Shown here: piece after piece, positions 53,042-61,223 of the stretch | Layout of the letters: each line of letters opens with the position of its first letter | Position numbering within the stretch: position 1 is the stretch's first letter | Assembly: GCA_037481835.1 (NCBI GenBank) | Contig: JBBFKW010000008.1 | Coordinates: 64,001-128,000, forward strand | Origin: Desulfosoma sp. | Lineage (GTDB): Bacteria; Desulfobacterota; Syntrophobacteria; Syntrophobacterales; DSM-9756 | Reading direction: 5' to 3' | Length of the DNA: 64,000 nt | Position numbers and translations under genes: made by a program | The notes under the pieces: generated by a model | Database searches by the model: none | Told to the model about the DNA's origin: nothing | What the model saw: the letters and a program-made list of their open reading frames with translations, nothing else

Positions 53042-53191
53042 ACACTCTCGGAAATCTTCGGCGATCCACAACAGGGTCTCGAACTTCGAGAAGAGTTTGA
53101 AGTCGAACTTCGGCGAACTCTTGATGCGGATGACACACGCCAGACCAGACCCGCACAGGAAATTGCCGCGAGACTCGGACTCACGTGGTGA
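53042..53191 (+). pseudogene. 5'-truncated antitoxin remnant
   Basis: Reads TLSEIFGDPQQGLELREEFEVELRRTL…PAQEIAARLGLTW*, preceded by an in-frame TAG with no start codon. Ends 3 bp before the RelE-like ORF. Confidence 0.55.
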
Positions 53192-53194
53192 GAT

Positions 53195-53442
53195 ATGTTC
53201 CAGGTGGACTTCACCGCCGCGGCGGAAACCGATCCGGCGCGTCGAGACAAGCCGATTGCGCAACGGGCACTGAAAAAGTTGCGCTGGCTGGCCGAAAACT
53301 TTGACCTCATCACGCCAGAGACATTGACGGGTCCATGGACCGACGTGTTGAAGCTTCGCGTCGGCGATCACCGCGTGCTTTACACCCGCGATCGAGACAA
53401 ACGAAGGATTGTTTCGTAAGGCATCGGCGCGAAGTCTATAAG
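53195..53442 (+). pseudogene. RelE/ParE family toxin, frameshifted near the 3' end
   Basis: MFQVDFTAAA…KLRVGDHRVLY, stop at 53419. The conserved HRREVYK tail is in another frame (53422-53442). Confidence 0.7.
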
Positions 53443-53506
53443 GAGCGAACCAGCCTTCGAGCGTCCTCACACAGGAGCTCGGCGGGGATCCAAACGCGGC
53501 ATCGGC

Positions 53507-53731
53507 CTAATCGCCCTCTTTGTCGGCGTTGCACCGGTCGTGGCAGGCGTCCTCGATGGCCTCCCGGGTTTCCGGGTCCACCCGGTCCCGGAGGCTCCAG
53601 GCCATCTCCACCCATTCTTCCATGATCCGGTGGGCCTCCACCTCGTCGCCCGCATCGTCCAGATCGCTCACCAGGTCCATGGGATCGGTGAGGGCCTCCC
53701 GCACCGGCCGGGGCCCCTCGCTGGAAGCCAT
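53507..53731 (-). CDS. Small acidic hypothetical protein or remnant
   Basis: 74 codons, GGGAG RBS, helical acidic composition. No motif recognised. Confidence 0.4.
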   Translation of the reverse strand: MASSEGPRPVREALTDPMDLVSDLDDAGDEVEAHRIMEEWVEMAWSLRDRVDPETREAIEDACHDRCNADKEGD

Positions 53732-53859
53732 GGAGACTCCCGCTTTCACGTAGTCCCAGCCCAGAAGGCCCGTCTCCGGCTCCCAGAACTACACGATGCG
53801 CTTCTTGCGTCATCCCGCGCTCCCCTCTCCTTTCGAAAGGATCGCTCAGGCGCCTTCCG

Positions 53860-54276
53860 CAGCTCCTTGTTGTAGATGAGGGCCACGTATTCGATGCCGA
53901 AAATCTGGATCGTATCGTCCTGGCGGGTCCAGTCCGGATAGGCCTGGGCGGCCGGAGCCGCGTAGGACGTTAGGACGCCCTATTCCTTCAGATAGTTCAT
54001 GATGGGAAGGGGCGCCCGAAGGACGTCCGCCATGAGTTTTCCCGCCTGGAACTCGCTGAGCACCGTGGCCAGGTACTTGGAGGTGGACACCCGGGTGTAG
54101 AGCCCCTTCACGCCCGTATCCTGACTGAACGCCTCCACGATGGGCTCGATGGCCGTGATGTTGGCGTAGAAATTCACCTCCCCTTCCGCCTTGGCCTTTG
54201 CCGGCAAGGCCGGATCCTGGGCCAACGCCGTGGACGAAACAAGGAAAACCAACAAGAGGCAAAGGATCTTCTTCAT
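53860..54276 (-). pseudogene. ABC transporter extracellular solute-binding protein remnant
   Basis: Signal peptide, AKAEGEVNFY. In-frame TAG at 53982-53980, then GVLTSY…IYNKEL, then similarity is lost. Confidence 0.7.
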
Positions 54277-54652
54277 GGCCGAAACTCATTCCCAAGTTTT
54301 GAAAGATCTGGAGCCCTTTTTCCTGCACCCTAAAAAAACCCGGCGAACAAGAACAGCCGCGTCCCTGCGTTGATTTGGGAACCGACTGTACGGGAGTAAC
54401 GGCATTCCAACTCCCCACATGCGAAAAAAGACATTCCCGGTCAAGCGCCCAGCCGAAAGGCGACCCTGGGGCGCCGCACGCGTTGACACCGGACGGCTTT
54501 CGTTCCAAGGTAAGGGCTCGGGGTATCCGGTGAATGTTTCCCCTGTCTGCGTTTATTCGCGTTCGTTCGCGGTTCCCTTTGTCCCGACCGGCAGGGCGAT
54601 CCGTTCGCTCTCCCGGAAAAGCCTTTTGGCCCACCGAGGAGACGACCCGCCC

Positions 54653-55891
54653 ATGACGCTCTTTCAGATCATCTCCATCCTCATCACCGTTTCAGCGCTC
54701 TTCAGCTATATCAACCACCGGTTCATCCGCCTTCCCACCACCATCGGGGTCATGGCCATCTCGCTTCTGGGCTCCCTGGGGATCGTGGCAGCGGGCCCCT
54801 TTTCTTTCGGACTGCAGCAGGAAGCGATCCGGCTCGTTCGGAGTATCGATTTCGATGAAACCGTGCTCCACGGCATGCTCAGTTTTCTCCTCTTCGCCGG
54901 AGCCCTCCACATCGACCTGGAGGCCCTGGCCCGCCGAAAGTGGATCATCGCCGTCCTGGCCACCGTGGGAACGGCCTTGGCAACGGCCCTGAACGGCCTG
55001 GGCACCTGGGTCGTGTCCCAATGGCTCGATTTGCAGCTTCCCTTTCTCAGTTGCCTTCTTTTCGGGGCCCTTATCGCCCCGACGGACCCCATCGCGGTGC
55101 TGGGTATCCTGCGAAAGGCGGGCGTTCCCGAAAGCCTGGAGACCAAGATCTGCGGGGAGTCGCTCTTCAACGACGGGGTGGCCGTGGTGATCTTCATCAT
55201 CCTCTTGGAAACGACCCGGGATCCCGCGGCCGCCACCCTGTCCCACGTCCTGAGTCTCTTCGCCAAGGAAGCTTTGGGAGGCATCGCTTACGGCCTCGTG
55301 ATCGGATGGATCGCCTACCTCATGCTCAAGAGCATCGACGATTACCAGGTTGAAGTGCTCATCACCCTGGCGCTGGTGTCGGGAGGCTATGCGCTGGCCG
55401 ATGCGCTGCACATCTCCGGGCCCATCGCCATCGTGGTGGCGGGCCTCCTCATCGGAAACCCCGGCCGCATGCTGGCCATGTCGGAACGAACCCGCCGGCA
55501 CCTGGACACGTTCTGGGAACTGGTAGACGAGGTGCTGAACGTGGTGCTCTTCGTGCTCATCGGCCTGGAAGTGCTGGCTCTCGACTGGACCCGCCTCCAC
55601 CTGGCAACGGGGCTCCTGCTGATCCCTTTGGTCCTCGCCTCCCGGCTTGTGAGCGTGTCGGTCCCCGTGGCCCTGCTGCGGCCCTTCCGAAGGTTCAGCC
55701 CGGGGGTCATCCGAATCCTCACCTGGGGGGGACTTCGCGGCGGCATCTCAGTGGCCATGGCCCTCTCGCTGCCTCCGGCGGCCGCGCGGGACACCATCCT
55801 GGCGGCCACCTACGTGGTGGTGGTCTTTTCCATCCTCGTTCAAGGCCTCACGGTGGAAAAGGTGGTGCGCTCTGTGGAAGAGCGCGTCTAA
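54653..55891 (+). CDS. CPA1 family Na+/H+ antiporter (NhaP-like)
   Basis: LLFAGALH, PTDPIAV, GESLFNDG, WGGLRGGISVA. Confidence 0.92.
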   Translation: MTLFQIISILITVSALFSYINHRFIRLPTTIGVMAISLLGSLGIVAAGPFSFGLQQEAIRLVRSIDFDETVLHGMLSFLLFAGALHIDLEALARRKWIIAVLATVGTALATALNGLGTWVVSQWLDLQLPFLSCLLFGALIAPTDPIAVLGILRKAGVPESLETKICGESLFNDGVAVVIFIILLETTRDPAAATLSHVLSLFAKEALGGIAYGLVIGWIAYLMLKSIDDYQVEVLITLALVSGGYALADALHISGPIAIVVAGLLIGNPGRMLAMSERTRRHLDTFWELVDEVLNVVLFVLIGLEVLALDWTRLHLATGLLLIPLVLASRLVSVSVPVALLRPFRRFSPGVIRILTWGGLRGGISVAMALSLPPAAARDTILAATYVVVVFSILVQGLTVEKVVRSVEERV

Positions 55892-55928
55892 AAGACGATA
55901 AGGGGGTATTTTCATCGTAGCACTTATC

Positions 55929-56210
55929 GTAGCGCAGCCTCTCAGGGCTGCCAAAAGGGGCTTCGAATCATAAGGGTGACCCGTCCGCATGATCCGGGTA
56001 TTCCAAGGGAATCAGCAATCCCATTTCCGCTGGGCTGAAGCCCCGCGGCCACGGAATGGGCGATCAATCCTTGGCCATGTCTGACGGAAGACTGTTTTTT
56101 CTTAAATGAGACGATTCGTCCCAATCGCCGGGTTCCGGCGGGCGGGCATAAAGCCCGCCCCTACGAAGGCAGATGGACCTGTTCAGTAGGGGCGGGGTTG
56201 ATCCCCGCCC
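55929..56210. repeat. Cluster of GTAG-type REP-like palindromes
   Basis: gtagcgcagcctctcagggctgc (55929-55951); inverted pair gggcgggcataaagcccgcccctac (56140-56164) and gtaggggcggggttgatccccgccc (56186-56210). Confidence 0.65.
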
Positions 56211-56264
56211 ACTAATCGCGCGGAAGTAAGAAGTAAGAAGAATACGGCGAAGGATTCGCTCCAT

Positions 56265-56765
56265 TTAGGTCTTTACAAGTTAATGTGAAAGTCGCGGTTG
56301 GAATCCGGCAGGGCGGGACTTTCATGATTCGTTGTCTTGCCGGATATTGATCTGGGTTGGGGTTCGCTCCGCTCACCCCAACCTACGAGTTTATTGAACA
56401 TTTTGGGCCGCCGACTGTAGGTTGGGGTGAGCGCAGCGAACCCCAACAAAAACCGGGCATACGCTCGCACGTCTCGGTCTCACAACGAAGGATGAAACTC
56501 GAACCCCTGGAGCTTGTCCGAGAATCTTTTACATGAAAGTCTCTGTAACATACCGTAACTACAAGACTTTCATTCTTCGTTGTCACGGGCGGCCCGCCAT
56601 GGGGGTCAATGTAAAAGAATGGCGCTCTCGGCGTCTTGTAGGAGCGGCCTCGGCAGCGAACCGCATCGCCGGGGAGCCGGCTCCTACAGGGAAAACCTTC
56701 GCTTGTCCACATCTTTCATCGATGCGGCGTGGCGAGCCTCGCCATGACCGTTAGGTCTTTACAAG
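56265..56765. mobile_element. Composite MITE/REP mosaic element, copy 2, flanked by a 15-bp direct repeat
   Basis: ttaggtctttacaag at 56265-56279 and 56751-56765. Internal modules are homologous to 29956-30373. Confidence 0.75.
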
Positions 56766-56798
56766 CTTCGGGGCCACGGCTCGGCAAGGAGGAGTGGG

Positions 56799-58049
56799 GT
56801 GAGCGGTCGGGATCCAGGGGGTCTTTCCAAGGGGCGATGGAGCGTTTTCGGCCTGTCGTCACTTCTCTTTATCCTCTCCCAGTTCTACCGGGTCTCCAAC
56901 GCCATCATTGCCCCGGACCTGCAGAAGGACCTGGCGCTTTCCGCCGAGGAACTGGGGCTTCTGAGCGCCGCCTTTTTCTACGCCTTCGCTTTGGTTCAGG
57001 TCCCCCTGGGCATCGCCCTGGACCGGTTCGGCGGCCGCCGGACCATGACCCTTCTTTCTCTCGTCGGGGCGGGAGGCGCCCTTCTTTTCGCCACCGCCCA
57101 TTCCTTCGGAACCGCTTTTGCGGGGAGGGCTCTTCTGGGACTCGGCATGGCCGGAAACCTCATGGGCTCCATGAAGCTCCTCACCCGCTGGTTTTCGCCC
57201 CGGGAATTCGCCACCCTATCCGGCCTCATGCTGGCCCTGGGAACTTTGGGAAACATGCTGGCGGCCACTCCCCTGGCCGCCGCCAAGGCAAGGATCGGCT
57301 GGCGGGGATCCTTCTGGGGTTTGGGGCTCTTTACGGCCGCCGCGGCCCTCTGCTTTTTCGCCGTGGTCCGGGAAAGGCCATCCCAGACCTATCCCCAGGC
57401 CGCCGCGGGCCCCCAGTCCGGGCCATCCTGGAAGGACGCCTTAAAAACCCTGTGCGGAAACGCCGACTATTGGATCATCTCGGCGGGAACTTTTTTTCGC
57501 TACGGGACCTTCGTGGCCATTCAGGGCCTGTGGATCGGCCCCTACATGATCCAACAGCTTCGGATGTCGGCCATTGCCGCCGGCAATCTGCTGCTGCTTC
57601 TCAACGTGGGCCTCATCTTGGGATCGCCCTTGGGCGGCTGGCTTTCCGATCGCGTGTTTTGTTCGAGAAAAAAGGTCATCGTGCTGGGGCTCGCCATGAT
57701 GACGCTGGTGCTTTCGGCCCTGGCCGCCGGCTGGGGCGAAGCGGGCACGGCCGTCCTGGCGGTGCTTCTTTTCGCCTTCGGGCTTTTCGGGTCCTTCGGG
57801 ATCGTCATGTACGCCCACATCAAGGAACTCATGCCGTCGGACATGAGCGGAACGGCCCTCACGGGCATCAACCTCTTTACCATGCTGGGAGGAGCCGCCA
57901 TGATGCAGGGCTTGGGGTGGGTGCTGGACCACGTGGGTCCCGCCGGGGCGCATGCCGGCCCCGACTACCGGCTGGCTTTCTTTTTGTGTGCCGCCGGAGT
58001 GGCCGTCGCCCTCCTGGGCTACCTCTCGGCGACGGACAGCCGGCCTTGA
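56799..58049 (+). CDS. MFS transporter
   Basis: About 12 TM segments, GIALDRFGGRR and GWLSDR motif A copies. Confidence 0.9.
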   Translation: MSGRDPGGLSKGRWSVFGLSSLLFILSQFYRVSNAIIAPDLQKDLALSAEELGLLSAAFFYAFALVQVPLGIALDRFGGRRTMTLLSLVGAGGALLFATAHSFGTAFAGRALLGLGMAGNLMGSMKLLTRWFSPREFATLSGLMLALGTLGNMLAATPLAAAKARIGWRGSFWGLGLFTAAAALCFFAVVRERPSQTYPQAAAGPQSGPSWKDALKTLCGNADYWIISAGTFFRYGTFVAIQGLWIGPYMIQQLRMSAIAAGNLLLLLNVGLILGSPLGGWLSDRVFCSRKKVIVLGLAMMTLVLSALAAGWGEAGTAVLAVLLFAFGLFGSFGIVMYAHIKELMPSDMSGTALTGINLFTMLGGAAMMQGLGWVLDHVGPAGAHAGPDYRLAFFLCAAGVAVALLGYLSATDSRP

Positions 58050-58672
58050 CGGGGACGATGGGCAACGAGCCCGGCCTCTCTTTTGATCCTCAGCAGACCT
58101 GGGCTCTTGTGAAAATACATATGGGGCGAATCCACGCCTTTTGCCCGAAACAGCGCTTCCACGGTATCAAACAAGACGGGCCGGTCGGGATACGTGAACG
58201 CTTTTTCCGCATCCCGAAGGCGCTGCCAGGCCACGCTGATTTCGGGACCGGCAGTAAAGACCTTTTCTTTTACGGCATCACAATAAAAGAAGGCGCAGGA
58301 AATGGGGGGGAGAGCCCACACGCACCCCTTAGGGCCCAAGTACACGCAGCGATCGGACCGGTAGGGGTGAAGAAGCGCCCGGAAAATCCGATCCCTCTCT
58401 TCGGGACCGGAAATGAGGACCGTGATCGCCTGGTCCGCGAAAAAGGTGAAGATACTTTCGAAACCGCAGCAGGCGCTCTGCGCGGTTTCAAAACACAAGG
58501 CCTTGCAGTAAGGCGCAAAAAAGCCCTCATGGAACGCGCTCAATTCCCGGCGAAACGCAAGGTAGGGTTCTACGGCCGAACGCAAGGCGGCGATCTCGCC
58601 GTCCTTCATCTTTTCCAGGGCCGCCTTTAGAGCGCTAAAACTTTGCCATTGCTCCCGGTTGTATTCGCTCAT
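58019..58672 (-). CDS. Cys-rich hypothetical protein (YkgJ-like metal-binding pattern)
   Basis: CKALC…ACC, CVYLGPKGC…PISCAFFYC. Confidence 0.65.
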   Translation of the reverse strand: MSEYNREQWQSFSALKAALEKMKDGEIAALRSAVEPYLAFRRELSAFHEGFFAPYCKALCFETAQSACCGFESIFTFFADQAITVLISGPEERDRIFRALLHPYRSDRCVYLGPKGCVWALPPISCAFFYCDAVKEKVFTAGPEISVAWQRLRDAEKAFTYPDRPVLFDTVEALFRAKGVDSPHMYFHKSPGLLRIKREAGLVAHRPRQGRLSVAER

Positions 58673-58740
58673 GGGGTTCGCTATCGTGCACGAGAAGATT
58701 TCAGACTGTTGGAAAACCCTTTGCCCGAGGAGGTGCGAAC

Positions 58741-59073
58741 ATGGCGTCCGATATCTTGATCACTTTTATTACCGTGGGCAATCAAGACCAGGCTTTCCGC
58801 ATCGCCAAAGCGGTGGTTGAGGAAAACCTGGCCGCCTGCGTAAATATCATCCCCGCCGTCCGATCCCTCTACCGCTGGAAGGGGGAAATCTGCGACGATC
58901 CGGAATGCCTCCTTTTGGTTAAGACGACGCGTGATGTTTTCCCGCTCTTGGAAGCCCGCGTCAAGGCCCTGCACAGCTATGAAGTCCCCGAGATCATCGC
59001 CGTGCCGGTGGAATGCGGCTTCCAGCCGTACCTGGATTGGGTGAAGGAAAACACGCACACCCAGGCGGGCTGA
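58741..59073 (+). CDS. cutA: Divalent-cation tolerance protein
   Basis: LAACVNI, SLYRWKG, LHSYEVPEII, YLDWV. Confidence 0.93.
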   Translation: MASDILITFITVGNQDQAFRIAKAVVEENLAACVNIIPAVRSLYRWKGEICDDPECLLLVKTTRDVFPLLEARVKALHSYEVPEIIAVPVECGFQPYLDWVKENTHTQAG

Positions 59074-59106
59074 TGCCAACGGGGGCGCCTTGACGTCCCC
59101 CGGCTT

Positions 59107-59958
59107 TTAACGCGTGCCCAGTATCCCTTTCAGGGCGGCCGGCAGGTCCGCGGGAAGAGCCACAATTTTCGTGTTTTCCGACAGGGCCAGGCTCTTGACG
59201 GCATCCACGTAGCGTTCGCCGAGGATAAAAAGGAGAGGCAAGGGGTTGTCTTTGGCGGCTTCGATGACGAGCTGAATGGCTTTCTGGTTGGCTTGGGCAA
59301 GGACGATTTTGGCTTCGGCATCCCGCCGTGACGCTTCCAGGCGCCCCTCGGCCTGGAGAATCGCCGCCGTCTTCTCCCCTTCCGCACGGGTTACCGTGGC
59401 GCGCCGTTGCCTTTCCGCCGCGGCTTGTTCCTCCATTGCCTGCTGCATGGTCCCCGACGGGGCGATATCCTGAATTTCCACCGTCTTCACCATGATGCCC
59501 CAATCGGCGATGTCGTCGGAAATGGCGGTTTTGAGTTTGGTTTTAATGAGTTCCCTGGACGACAGAGCGTCGTCCAAATCCATTTCGCCGATAATGGAGC
59601 GCAGTGACGTTTGCACCAGGTTTTGGATGGCGAGCCGGTAGTCTTCGACGCCGTAAACGGCCTTCTCCGGAGAGATGATGTTGATGTAGGCCACGGCGTT
59701 GGCTTTGATGACCGCATTGTCCCTCGTGATGACTTCTTGGGTGGGAATATCCAAGACGAGATCTTTGGTGGGCACCTTGTAGGCCACGCTGTCCATGTAC
59801 GGGACGATGACGTTCAGGCCCGGGGAGAGGGTTCGGTGATATTTTCCGAGGCGCTGCACCACGTGCTTATACCCTTGGGGCACGATGCGGATGCCCATGA
59901 CGATGGTCACGAGCACCAGCACGAAAAAAACGACGACGAGAATCAATCCTGGACTCAT
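59107..59958 (-). CDS. SPFH/stomatin-like protein (QmcA-like)
   Basis: IVPQG…RLGKY, QEVITRDN, LRSIIG, AAAERQRRA. Confidence 0.92.
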   Translation of the reverse strand: MSPGLILVVVFFVLVLVTIVMGIRIVPQGYKHVVQRLGKYHRTLSPGLNVIVPYMDSVAYKVPTKDLVLDIPTQEVITRDNAVIKANAVAYINIISPEKAVYGVEDYRLAIQNLVQTSLRSIIGEMDLDDALSSRELIKTKLKTAISDDIADWGIMVKTVEIQDIAPSGTMQQAMEEQAAAERQRRATVTRAEGEKTAAILQAEGRLEASRRDAEAKIVLAQANQKAIQLVIEAAKDNPLPLLFILGERYVDAVKSLALSENTKIVALPADLPAALKGILGTR

Positions 59959-59973
59959 AAGGGCCTCCCTCTC

Positions 59974-60420
59974 TCACGCCTTGCGTTTGACGATCACAGT
60001 GTTTCCCACCAGTTCGGTCACCACGGCGCGATCTCCTACCGCGAGCCGCTTTTCCCCCTCGGCAATGCAGGGCCATTCGTCTGAGCCCAAGATCGGCGCC
60101 GGAAAACGAACTTTTCCGCGATGGGCTTCCCGCGGAGGGTCGATGATGGTGCCCACGGCGCCCACAATCGCTTCCCTGGCTTGTCCCGCCGTTGTCCGAT
60201 CCGCCATGCGCGGCTTCACCCAGAGAAACCATACCGTGACCCAAAAGGCGGATCCCAGGGCCCAGAGCAACAACTGGGCCGTCAGCGACAGGGGAAGCAG
60301 GAGCACAACGAGGCCGACGACCACGGCGGAAAGCCCGAACCAGATGATGACGAAGTTGGGGACGAAAATTTCCAGAATGGCCAGGATCATGCCGAAGGCG
60401 ATCCACATCCAGTATTTCAC
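59974..60420 (-). CDS. Short NfeD family protein (TM plus OB fold)
   Basis: WIAFG…LEIFVP…IWFG, G…W…GDRAVV…GNTVIV. GTG start after GAGGAGG. Confidence 0.85.
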   Translation of the reverse strand: MKYWMWIAFGMILAILEIFVPNFVIIWFGLSAVVVGLVVLLLPLSLTAQLLLWALGSAFWVTVWFLWVKPRMADRTTAGQAREAIVGAVGTIIDPPREAHRGKVRFPAPILGSDEWPCIAEGEKRLAVGDRAVVTELVGNTVIVKRKA

Positions 60421-60473
60421 CGGAAACCTCCTCTCCCCCAATCCCTGACGCCGTATGGGCCTGGGTTCTGCGG

Positions 60474-61109
60474 CTAGGCGCCGGAAGCCAGTTCGCGGAA
60501 GCCGTCCTTGGAAACAAGGGCGAAACGATAGGGCGGGCCCACCTCCTCTTTGTACCAGGTGAGAGATTCCATGGCGGAACGGACTTCTTTCAGCACCTCC
60601 TCGGCCGAAGCACCTCTTTCGGCCATCTTGCTCAGTCGATATTCCAAGGCCATGCGTCGAGGTACCGTGAAGGCGTTGAGAATCTCTTCACCGTCCAGTT
60701 GGGGCCGCTTCTTCTTGGTCCAGACGAGATAAAGCTTGTAGGGGTTTTCATGGTCCTGGCCCGAAACCCCTGCCAGGATGAAATGGACGGAGTGCATGGG
60801 ATCCAGGGGAACGCCCCCGCACATCGCCCGCATGAATTCGTTGAAGCGGGAGGAGAGAAAAGCCAAACCCGCCGAGTAAATCTCTTCGATGGTTTCCAGC
60901 TTTTCCTCGCCGACGAAACGGCTCAATGCCCGGGCCATCTCCACGCCCTCAGGAGCGCCTCCGACCGCCACGGCCGCCCGCGGTCCCAGTGTAAAAAGGC
61001 GCTCCACGACGAGGTGAATCACATGGCCCTGAGCATCCAGGTCCACGGCCTTGGCGTCGACCCCGAGGACGATCCCTTCCGTGCTTCGACAGGCGATAAG
61101 CTGCGACAT
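60474..61109 (-). CDS. Proteasome-beta/Ntn-hydrolase-fold hypothetical protein
   Basis: MSQLIA…GIVLGVD, RLFTLG…AVGG, FILAG, EVGPP…VSKDG. AAGGAGG RBS. Confidence 0.6.
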   Translation of the reverse strand: MSQLIACRSTEGIVLGVDAKAVDLDAQGHVIHLVVERLFTLGPRAAVAVGGAPEGVEMARALSRFVGEEKLETIEEIYSAGLAFLSSRFNEFMRAMCGGVPLDPMHSVHFILAGVSGQDHENPYKLYLVWTKKKRPQLDGEEILNAFTVPRRMALEYRLSKMAERGASAEEVLKEVRSAMESLTWYKEEVGPPYRFALVSKDGFRELASGA

Positions 61110-61223
61110 GAGTTCCTCCTTAAATGGGTTTGGTGTTTCTCCTGTTGCGTCCGATGCCTGTTTACGCTACAAATTTGAAACCCTCACAGACCTTTTTCCC
61201 TCGTGTCAAGTGGGAGCCCCTCA

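Noticed and set aside
53980..53982. Pyrrolysine read-through of the TAG
   Set aside because: The gene is truncated shortly afterwards anyway, and no pyl genes are in the window.
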